From: a virus
Taxonomy: Duplodnaviria > Caudoviricetes
IMG/VR virus record: IMGVR_UViG_3300014202_000592
Span: 1-28,649 of that record
Reading direction: 5' to 3' (one strand)
Length of the DNA stretch: 28,649 bases
Shown here: in pieces, positions 17,795 through 26,400 of the stretch
How positions within the stretch are numbered: the stretch's first letter is position 1
Layout of the letters: each line of letters starts with the position of its first letter
Position numbers and translations under genes: made by a program
Notes under the pieces: generated by a model
The model's database searches: none
What the model saw: only the letters and a program-made list of their open reading frames with translations
Told to the model about the DNA's origin: nothing

Positions 17795-18091
17795 TTACCC
17801 CGCATCAGGTACCGTGATTGGCTGACCGGCCACCTCAATGACTAATTCAAGCTTGTCAGGGTAGGTTTGTACGCTGTACAGGTTTGTGGCACTAAGTGGA
17901 AGGGCTTGCAGAATCGGAACGTCGCCGCGCAATTTCTGAAGCGTTGCTTCCGGCGCACCGTCTGAAAAAGGATTTTGTAGCAGAGATTTTATGTCCTGCC
18001 CGTAATCTGAGCCAAGATATCCGTTAACCGGCGTTTTCAGCCAGTGAGATACCATGCCCTGAATTGAGTTTCCATCAATGATATTTGCCAT
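17795..18091 (-). CDS. Small baseplate protein (gp25/W-like by position)
   Basis: WLKTPVNGYLGSDYG resembles the gp25 T..G.R....YG motif; precedes the wedge gene. Confidence 0.55.
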   Translation of the reverse strand: MANIIDGNSIQGMVSHWLKTPVNGYLGSDYGQDIKSLLQNPFSDGAPEATLQKLRGDVPILQALPLSATNLYSVQTYPDKLELVIEVAGQPITVPDAG

Positions 18092-18142
18092 GCGCTAATC
18101 GTAGTGATTTTGCGCATGGTCAAATGCTTGGTTTTTCCTAAA

Positions 18143-18622
18143 CTAAACAGGATTAACTTCGAAGAATCCGTTTGGCGCGGTCATGATAATGTCCGATCCG
18201 TCGGGTGTTTTTTCAAAGTCATTCACGCTCATCGGGATGAGGCTTGCGTCCGTTCCAGAAGTAGTATCTGGATCATAACAAAAAACCAAGTCACTCCACA
18301 TCCCACCGGCAGCCTGAACAGCGGCAAACGTCTGATCTGGGACATATAGCACGGTCTTGTTATTCACGTGATCAGGAGCGAACGCAACAATGTCAGCATC
18401 GGTTAACACTTTACGCGCATATCCGGAGTTTGTTGCTTCGTTTGTCGTTCCGGAAAGCATATCGAATAGAGTCTCCTTGTCCCTCAGCACGGCATCACCT
18501 TCGATTCCGGTTGCGGCAAGAGCAACAATGATGATCGCAGAATTTGCGGGGTCATTCGTGTCTACCCGGTTATACAGCTCAACATTTCGCCCCAAGGCGA
18601 TATTTGGCACAAAATTACCCAT
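18143..18622 (-). CDS. Putative virion structural protein
   Basis: NEATNSGYARKVL...PDGSDI motifs; in the late operon. Confidence 0.6.
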   Translation of the reverse strand: MGNFVPNIALGRNVELYNRVDTNDPANSAIIIVALAATGIEGDAVLRDKETLFDMLSGTTNEATNSGYARKVLTDADIVAFAPDHVNNKTVLYVPDQTFAAVQAAGGMWSDLVFCYDPDTTSGTDASLIPMSVNDFEKTPDGSDIIMTAPNGFFEVNPV

Positions 18623-19007
18623 TGCTCGCTACCTCATCTTCGTTGATCAATTCGCACAAAAAGAAAGCGTCATTACGATAGCCAGCCGGGTTCTGGTGAT
18701 CTGGCGATTCTTGACCGGCAAAGTTTGCAGCAACATATTTTCTTGCTTCAAACTGGTCGGCAAGTTTTGTATTGTCGAAACAGCAGTAGTATCCGGGAAT
18801 AGCGACAATCCTGTATCTCAACTCTTGAGGTTCGGTGTGAATCGTGATGACACCCTTGCTGACGGAACACAACCCTTCTCCAATCAACTGATTGATAAGC
18901 TGCTGCGTGAATTTTTGCGTTTGACTTACGCTAATTGCCTTGAGGTACTGGAATTCGCCAGTACTTGGGTCATAGACTCGTCTTAGAAACATCTGGATTG
19001 CCCCCAA
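18615..19007 (-). CDS. Hypothetical protein
   Basis: PGYYCC...NPAGY; overlaps the next gene. Confidence 0.65.
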   Translation of the reverse strand: MGAIQMFLRRVYDPSTGEFQYLKAISVSQTQKFTQQLINQLIGEGLCSVSKGVITIHTEPQELRYRIVAIPGYYCCFDNTKLADQFEARKYVAANFAGQESPDHQNPAGYRNDAFFLCELINEDEVASNG

Positions 19008-19016
19008 CTATATGAA

Positions 19017-19340
19017 TTATTCATAGAATCGGATTATTCCACCCTTAATGATTGTGCCCTTGTGCGGTTGTCCGTTTCCGTCAATCCACGACAGAGATAA
19101 TTCATAATTGCCTGGCACAGTAACTTTGTTTGGCTTGATGTAGAGCATCAGAGCATTTTGAGACTCTATCTGTATCTCCGCCGCGCTCATGGCGAAAGAA
19201 GCGGTAATGTTGCTGTCAAGCGTATTCTTGAGCGTCAGCGTTATTTCCTGAATGTCACTCGCATCATAATCAAGAGAATTGAATATTTTGATGGCTACTT
19301 TATGGGCTACGCCAACATACGCCCTTCCTGATATGCTCAT
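19017..19340 (-). CDS. Small Ig/BppU-like beta-sandwich protein
   Basis: Beta-rich, PGNYELSLSW; ATGA coupled. Confidence 0.55.
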   Translation of the reverse strand: MSISGRAYVGVAHKVAIKIFNSLDYDASDIQEITLTLKNTLDSNITASFAMSAAEIQIESQNALMLYIKPNKVTVPGNYELSLSWIDGNGQPHKGTIIKGGIIRFYE

Positions 19341-21109
19341 AATCGTATAACTATCGGCCCGTCAAAAGTTTTAACCTTGATTGTGAAATCGAGTGGAACA
19401 TAAACGAATCCACCGGACACAAAAATCACCAACGACTTGTCCGCCTCTTTTGCCTGCCTGATTAAATCTACTTTTCTGCTTGAAATGGATAAAGCAGAAT
19501 CGTTTTCTATCGATTTAATCAGGGTTGACAGGGAAATGACTTGCACCTGCCTTGCGCTATCAGACTCAAATGCCTGAACTATCTCAGCAACACTGATCGA
19601 GCCAATGATAGATGCTGAATCAATGCTTCCGGCAGGCTGTATTCCGAGTGCGCCGATGCGAACAAGGTGAACTGCGCCTTCAGTCTCACCGGCCTGCGTG
19701 ATTGAATCAATTTTCAGCGCCGAAATCGCATTTGTCGTATTAGATTCATTGCCGGGAATAATTACTATCGTTTCCGGCGATGTAATGAATCCAGACGCAT
19801 CACTTTCGATGGCGCTCAGAATCTCTTTTGATTTGGCAGAATGCAGATCGATGGACAGGCAAGATTCCGACCCGGGCGAAATTTCCTGAACCTTTGTTGA
19901 TGACAGAAAGCCGGATGCGCTTATTTCGATAGCCTGCGCTATGGCCATTAACTGCAATCCATCAACCTGGATAGCTGAATCAGATTCTACGGCTGATGAT
20001 ATTTGCGCGTAACTCACCGGATCGACCGGAAGCGATGCGCTTAATTCAGATGATTCTGATATTGAAAGAATCGACAGAGAATCAATTATTTTGGATGAAT
20101 CAATTTCTATTGATGCATTTATAACGCCATGCTTTGCGCCATCAAGAGCTGGCGCATAATCATTCTCAATAGCCGCAATTACCGACCTCAATGAATCGCC
20201 AAACAAGGCTGATGACTGACCAACCTCAGCGGTCTGGTCAATTGAGTCAACCTTGATTGATGACAGGATATTCGCACCATCGACCTCATTACCCGGAAGC
20301 ATCAGCGTTACATCTGGGGTCGTAATCGCTACCGAATAATCAATCTCAGTAGAAACGAAGACCTGATTTAATTTCTGCGCAAACAACTGAGCAGAATCAT
20401 TTGCTTCGGTTGCGATATTAATCAGACCAGAACTATGACCAAAAACCTGATTACCCGAGTCGGTTTCCAGCGAACACTGAATGTCATCTGTTTTTATCGA
20501 CAGCACCGACATCGAGTAATCATTTTCAATCGGCGGAGCAATGACCAGCATGGACTGACGAAAAACCAGCAGAGACGAATCTGACTCAATTGAAACATCA
20601 ATAACAGACACCGAATCGCTTGATACGGCCATTGATGAATCGTTTTCTGCGGCATTCGATAGCTGAGATACTTTGTCTGCTAAAATATTGATAGCTGAAT
20701 CGTTTTCTGACGAAATCAGGATGGGTGATGATGATGCGCGGTCAATATTTAGCGAATGGTTAGACTCGTTCGCCGACAATATGGCATTAGCTGGTAGCGA
20801 CTCGGTATTTAATGATGCGTCTGACTCGGCAGCAAAGCCAATCTCAGTGGGAGCGAATACCTGATGCCAAGTATTAACAACCGGGCCGCCCAATCCAAGG
20901 CGGGTGATTTGAACAATGTTGTATGGTGGAAATATCGGCGGCTCTTCTTCGTCCTGAGCGCCCCAGAAATTAACAACCGGGCCGCCCAATCCAAGGCGGG
21001 TGATTTGAGTAAGGTTTGATGGTGGAGACGTTACCGGATCATCACCGCCGCCAGTAATTTCCCAATGATTGACTACAGGCCCACCAAGCCCAAGCTTGGT
21101 TATCTGCAT
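19337..21109 (-). CDS. Repeat protein: 3x QIT(K/R)LGLGGPVVN plus ~24 acidic 20-aa repeats (xxExDSAx)
   Basis: Repeats read directly from the translation. Confidence 0.8.
   Translation of the reverse strand: MQITKLGLGGPVVNHWEITGGGDDPVTSPPSNLTQITRLGLGGPVVNFWGAQDEEEPPIFPPYNIVQITRLGLGGPVVNTWHQVFAPTEIGFAAESDASLNTESLPANAILSANESNHSLNIDRASSSPILISSENDSAINILADKVSQLSNAAENDSSMAVSSDSVSVIDVSIESDSSLLVFRQSMLVIAPPIENDYSMSVLSIKTDDIQCSLETDSGNQVFGHSSGLINIATEANDSAQLFAQKLNQVFVSTEIDYSVAITTPDVTLMLPGNEVDGANILSSIKVDSIDQTAEVGQSSALFGDSLRSVIAAIENDYAPALDGAKHGVINASIEIDSSKIIDSLSILSISESSELSASLPVDPVSYAQISSAVESDSAIQVDGLQLMAIAQAIEISASGFLSSTKVQEISPGSESCLSIDLHSAKSKEILSAIESDASGFITSPETIVIIPGNESNTTNAISALKIDSITQAGETEGAVHLVRIGALGIQPAGSIDSASIIGSISVAEIVQAFESDSARQVQVISLSTLIKSIENDSALSISSRKVDLIRQAKEADKSLVIFVSGGFVYVPLDFTIKVKTFDGPIVIRL
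20873..21008. repeat. Perfect 40-bp direct repeat (20873-20912, 20969-21008); degenerate third copy near 21068
   Basis: ATTAACAACCGGGCCGCCCAATCCAAGGCGGGTGATTTGA twice, 96 bp apart. Confidence 0.9.
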
Positions 21110-21124
21110 TGATTTCTACCGTTC

Positions 21125-21973
21125 CTATGTCAGCACGGCCACGGCATCAGCGCCAACCGCCGCCGCAACTTGGGTTATCGTAGCAACACCAGTGGATGCA
21201 TTGTAAGACTGTATCAATGCGCGCTGGTCTTTCAGCGCAGCCGGGGAACTGAACACTAGTGCAGCATTTTTGTAAATCTGGTCACTGGCATTGTTTGGTG
21301 ATGCGCCATCGACTGTGGCAAGTATTGCCGTGGTTGTCGTGCCGCCAGCACCGAATGTTACCGGAACAGCCCTCTTCGCGTGATTCTTTAAATTCACTGC
21401 GGCAGAAGTGTCATTATCTATCGCCTGCAATGTTACCGGGACACGCCCACTGACCAACCCGGCAACGGTTCTTGTGCCAATATCAATAACCGCATCATTC
21501 ACATCTTTAAGCATCCCATCCGGATCTTCAATCAAAGACCTAACCAGGGTTGCTGAATACTCATCTATCCTAACCTCGCCAGCGCCAGATACATTTAACT
21601 GGTCAAAATTAAGTGGAATCTGGTTATCAATGGCGGCTATATCGGCTGATAGTGAAGCGCCACCGGGTGCCCCGATACGGCTGAAGCTATCCCCGGATTG
21701 CGGGAATCCAGGGTAAATATTGAGCGCCGTCGGGACTGCCCCGGTGCCCTCGAATGAAAATAAAATATGATCGTAGTTCGTCTCTGATTGGGCTGGCGCA
21801 TACGTATGATCACCGCCGCCCTTATGCGTGCATATTCCGCTACCAACCGACCCAATTGTTCTGGAACCATTATTTCCCGTGACATAAACAGTAACAGCGC
21901 CGGTAAACGCCGAACCATCAGCCGTTGAAATCATCTTAACGCCAACAACCTGACCAGCTACATTCTTTTTCAT
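21125..21973 (-). CDS. Putative virion structural protein
   Basis: 282 aa, Gly/Ala/Thr-rich, in the late operon, ATGA coupled. Confidence 0.65.
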   Translation of the reverse strand: MKKNVAGQVVGVKMISTADGSAFTGAVTVYVTGNNGSRTIGSVGSGICTHKGGGDHTYAPAQSETNYDHILFSFEGTGAVPTALNIYPGFPQSGDSFSRIGAPGGASLSADIAAIDNQIPLNFDQLNVSGAGEVRIDEYSATLVRSLIEDPDGMLKDVNDAVIDIGTRTVAGLVSGRVPVTLQAIDNDTSAAVNLKNHAKRAVPVTFGAGGTTTTAILATVDGASPNNASDQIYKNAALVFSSPAALKDQRALIQSYNASTGVATITQVAAAVGADAVAVLT

Positions 21974-23016
21974 CCCACGATTACCCTATTATTTGAATTA
22001 ACAATCCATGCTGGCAAGAAACCACCACCGCCGCCCTCATCAACGAACTCAAACGCGCCGATATCCCACGCAGCGCCCTGCGGTCTTGATACGCCAATAA
22101 TATCTTCCTCCGTAGCAACGAATTCAGCCCTGTCGTACGAGCCATAATTTGTTGCCAGATCAGCCCCGGCATTTACCAAAGCGCTTTCTGCATGCAGCGA
22201 TAAATCATTCGTGGCGTAATTCGTGAAATCGCCAGATAAGATATTTGCAATTGCTCCTGCGCCCGGAACATCCGTTGTAACTGCTGCGTCCGTGGCATTA
22301 TTTGAACTGTTTGCGGTGCTAAAGTGGTCTGCAAGAGGCGTTGCATACTTGTTTGTTCCGCCAACAACCACCGTATTCTTACAAGTTATTCTTCCCGATC
22401 CGCTTGTTCCTGACTTCTTAATTCCGTCAGTACAGTTCTTGAATGTTGTATTAAAAATATCGAATGGATACCAATTCGGCGTAATTATTCCCTCAGCCGA
22501 GTTGTATGCGATTGAATCCATAATTGCAGTGTTTGCTCCCCCGCCAGACATCCTGAACGCCACGCCAGCAGACTTTGCAATACAATTCTTGAGCAGGATT
22601 CTGCCGGTTCCGGCCCGATTACAGAAAAATCCCCAGCCACTCGCGTGAGTGTTTTCTACATCAAGTCCAACGATGTAGATATTACCGGTATCGCCAATCG
22701 TCACAATGCCATCGAACCCGAGACTTTTGCGCAGATACAACCCGGACTGCGGGGTTCCGTCTCCCCTAGAACCCTCAGCGACTTCGATCAATACGAAATC
22801 ACTCGCGCCCCATCCGGTTATCGCAAAACTGTCCACCATTTCCCCGGAGCCAGACGCAATGACGTGATGCCAATTTGCGCCGCCCATATTCGTGGCTTCC
22901 GCTGCCTGCCATTCAGAAAATGTTGCGTAAGCTCTATCCGAGCCAGACGTGGCATTTGTCGTGCCATTGCCGCCAGGCGTAGAGTCTTTGTTGATGTATC
23001 TAAGTATTTCGGGCAT
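21970..23016 (-). CDS. Right-handed beta-helix (pectin-lyase-like) protein, possible tailspike/depolymerase
   Basis: Repeating N/G-rich strands (KNCIAK, NTTFKNC, KNTVVVG); C-terminal DIIGVSRPQGAAWDIGAFEF. Confidence 0.7.
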   Translation of the reverse strand: MPEILRYINKDSTPGGNGTTNATSGSDRAYATFSEWQAAEATNMGGANWHHVIASGSGEMVDSFAITGWGASDFVLIEVAEGSRGDGTPQSGLYLRKSLGFDGIVTIGDTGNIYIVGLDVENTHASGWGFFCNRAGTGRILLKNCIAKSAGVAFRMSGGGANTAIMDSIAYNSAEGIITPNWYPFDIFNTTFKNCTDGIKKSGTSGSGRITCKNTVVVGGTNKYATPLADHFSTANSSNNATDAAVTTDVPGAGAIANILSGDFTNYATNDLSLHAESALVNAGADLATNYGSYDRAEFVATEEDIIGVSRPQGAAWDIGAFEFVDEGGGGGFLPAWIVNSNNRVIVG

Positions 23017-23059
23017 TCAGTTATTAGTAAAACCTGAGTTATTGACTGAATGCAGTGTA

Positions 23060-23467
23060 TTATTTCGCCTCCATGTCGGAGTCGTACAATTTCCAGAATT
23101 CTCCGCTTTCGCCATCCAACATGAAGGAATTGTTGTAAATGATGCTGGATGCCAGATTAACTTCCCTGAATTCATTCGCCATGATCAATGTTTCAACATC
23201 CGTATCGCCACGGTATACATCTGCAACCATCGGATCGGATTGGCTGCCAAGGTCATGACCGCTTCGATTCATGATGTCCTTCAATGCCCACCAATAAGGT
23301 CCGTAATCACGATAACGCGCCTTATCTTTCTTCAGCCTGTCAGCTATAACGCCAAGACCGAATTCAAGCAGATTTGTTATTCCTAGATTCACTCTAAGGT
23401 TTGATTCGCGCTCATCGACACGCTTCTTGATCAATTCCTTGTCAAAAAAATATTCTGTAAAAGCCAT
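23060..23467 (-). CDS. Hypothetical protein
   Basis: 135 aa, SD AAGGAG, YRDYGPYWWALK. Confidence 0.7.
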   Translation of the reverse strand: MAFTEYFFDKELIKKRVDERESNLRVNLGITNLLEFGLGVIADRLKKDKARYRDYGPYWWALKDIMNRSGHDLGSQSDPMVADVYRGDTDVETLIMANEFREVNLASSIIYNNSFMLDGESGEFWKLYDSDMEAK

Positions 23468-23482
23468 GATCTGGTTCTCCTT

Positions 23483-26400
23483 TTAGGCAACAATTCTTAC
23501 GCTGTATTTCTCGGCATTATCGCCGTACTCTTTGATCAGAGCATCATAAACAGTACGCTTGATAACCCACGTGTTTATTGGCGCATTGGGCTTGTTTTTT
23601 GCAGTTTCAACGTCATAATGCTTTGGCCCTGCCTTACCTATCCATGCCGCCTTTTCTCCAATTCCTTCAGCGAATTCACGGACACTGACAATCTTTGTAA
23701 AGCCATACTCGGATTGCATTGCCACCCAATCATCGGAAGACTCCAGCGACACAGATGAATTCACGTTTTCGTCTGCACCATCAGGCTTTGGTATGGCTTT
23801 TATTGCATCGCCAATGGCTTTCCTGAACGAGTAAGGAAGGTATTCGGTTGATTGATCACCAACCCCGTCATAGTCAATCCATTCTGTGGCGTTCCTGACA
23901 TAAGCAAGGGCATTGCTGATAATTTCCTGCTCAGCTCCGCCAGTCAGTGACGCAGAAAAGGAATTAAAATCGACCTCTTTTTCAATTGCGGCAGAAGTCC
24001 AAGAGTTGCCGCCAAGATCAGAAAAAGTGAGTTTCATTTTGTGTGCCTTGGCATACTCAATCAGGTTTTTTCTTTGATCGTAGTAAGATGTCTTCTCTCG
24101 CACATCAAGACTGCTTGAAACCACAAACTTTGAACGATCTATGGATTTAATAACCTCTTTTTGAGACTCAACAATCTTGCGCATAACCGGCGTAGTCGGC
24201 TCTTCACCGATGACTGTCGGGAAATATGGCTGAGGAAGCAGGTAACTGTAGATAGAATACTCCGCCAGCATTTCAACCTTGCGCCTTTGCGCCACCTCCG
24301 GAACGATCTCGCTGAATTTGTTATCCACAACACCGGAATTCGCTATGTCATCCTCGATCTTTGCGGCATCAATCAGACATTGTTCATATTCAGCAGTGCC
24401 AGGGTATATCAATTCACTCTTTTTCAGGAATTCGACCATGCTTGCGGACAGAATGCTGTTACTGCCCGGATTGAAAGCAATAGCTTTTCTTCCGTTATTG
24501 TAGGAAACCCCTAGATGACCCTCCTGAAATCTGGCGAATGTACCATCAACAATCGGCTTTCCGTCAAGAACCGCCCCCTTGCCATCGGAAATCAGTTCAA
24601 CTATTTTTTGCGGGTAACTTCCAGACTCTTTTGATTGACGAATAAAGTTCTGCGTTGATTCCGATATCATGGATTTGGCCATATCAACTTCCACCTGCCA
24701 TTCATTCCATGCTGGGGAATTTTCCTTCACGCCGATACTGAATGCCGGGTATTTCTTGCCGCGTAGAATTTCTTCTACATCGCTCTCCTTTCTTGATCTG
24801 TTTGAACTGTTTATTTCAGCAAACATTTCGTCAATGGAATATGCTTCATGCCGCAATTCAATTGTTGCCGAACGGGAAACATGCTCTCTGATACCAGCAA
24901 TCCTTGCATTTATCTCTGCAAGCAAAGCGGTATTCTTCAAAACGGCGGACTGACTGGCGATAGGGCTATTGATTCTTTCATTCAACATCAATGCCTGATT
25001 CTTGAGCTTCCACATGCCCATTAACTTTGACACCACCATATTCGCAGGATCTTCATTTTCTCTTAGGAATTTATTCTGTTTGCGGATCGTATCAATATTG
25101 ATCATCTGCTTATCACGATTTGTTGCTGCGCGTGATTCTGCTTCTTTGGCCGCTATCGTTTCCTGCAATCTGGTCATCGCATCAGCATCGCCAACGGTAT
25201 CAATAAGCGCTTCCATCTGCTCTTTTGAAAGTCCGCCTGTGACGGCAACACTATCGCCACCATCCTGACCCAGAACCTGCCCTATCCAGTCGGCCTTTTT
25301 ATTCACCATCGAGCGTTTAGTAGTATCGAAAGTGCCGTCCGCATCGTAGTAATAGATGCTTACCCGTTGCGTTTTGTTGCCCTGCCTGACCCCACGCCCG
25401 TTACGTTGCTCAAGGCTGTCCGGCGTCCACCCAATAGTAAGGTGATGGATTGCCTGCGTACCTTTTTGCAGGTTAATCCCAACCTCCGCCTTTTCATTGG
25501 CTATAACAGTGCGGTACTTGTTTCCCTCGCCATTTGCATTGAATCCGTCCTGAACATCCAGGATCTCATCCGGCGAATTGTTTTTTTTGCCGGTGATGAT
25601 TGCAATAGCTCCAGAAGGAACACCGGCTCGCTTGGTCAGTAGGCGCTTTATTTTGTTGTGCAGTGGAAGTATGTCGCAGAATATGATCTGCTTTACGATT
25701 GACGATACCTGTCCGTTTTCATCTATCCCGCGTGGCGTGACCTGTTCGTTCTGGAAATTTTCCAGCATCGCGGCAAGCTTTGGCGGAACGGACACATCAA
25801 GATCAAGACCGGCTTTTTCGGCCATGTCCTCGAATTTTGTCTGAGTATCAGGATCAATGGTATCAATGACAATCCTTGAGTCCTGATTTATCCTTGCTTG
25901 AACATGGATTTTCAATAACTCAATTGCATCACCGCCAGAATCCTTGACTATCTTCTTGCCGACAATTGCATCACCTGAAGTCATCGGGCCGGGCCGCTGA
26001 CGTTCTTCCGTGAATTTCTTGTTATTGAACTGATCAACCACGGACTTGGCGATATCTGCCTGCGGGGATATAAAATTGTAGAATGTCGCCCTATTATCAA
26101 GCTCAGGATCGGCAATCAACATCGTCATTTTGTTGATCAGGTTGAACGGGTGCCCTATCAGGTCAATAGGTTCGCCGAAATGATCAGATACCGCCTCAAA
26201 TGCTTCCGGGTCGCCCCTATTTGGCATCTTGTTGCTTATATCGTCAATAGCGAAGCGAAAAGCCGATTTATAAAGACGAAGGCGATCAACAATATCGTTT
26301 GTCAAGGCCACGTGTGATTGCTTTTCTTCCCGGTTCGGAACAACAATCTGCTCGCCAACATCTTCAGCAGTTTTGATCGTGGCCACATCACCAATGGCCT

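Noticed and set aside
20873-21106. CRISPR array or DGR template/variable repeat
   Set aside because: Only 2-3 in-frame coding repeats; no cas or reverse transcriptase gene; no adenine-specific variation
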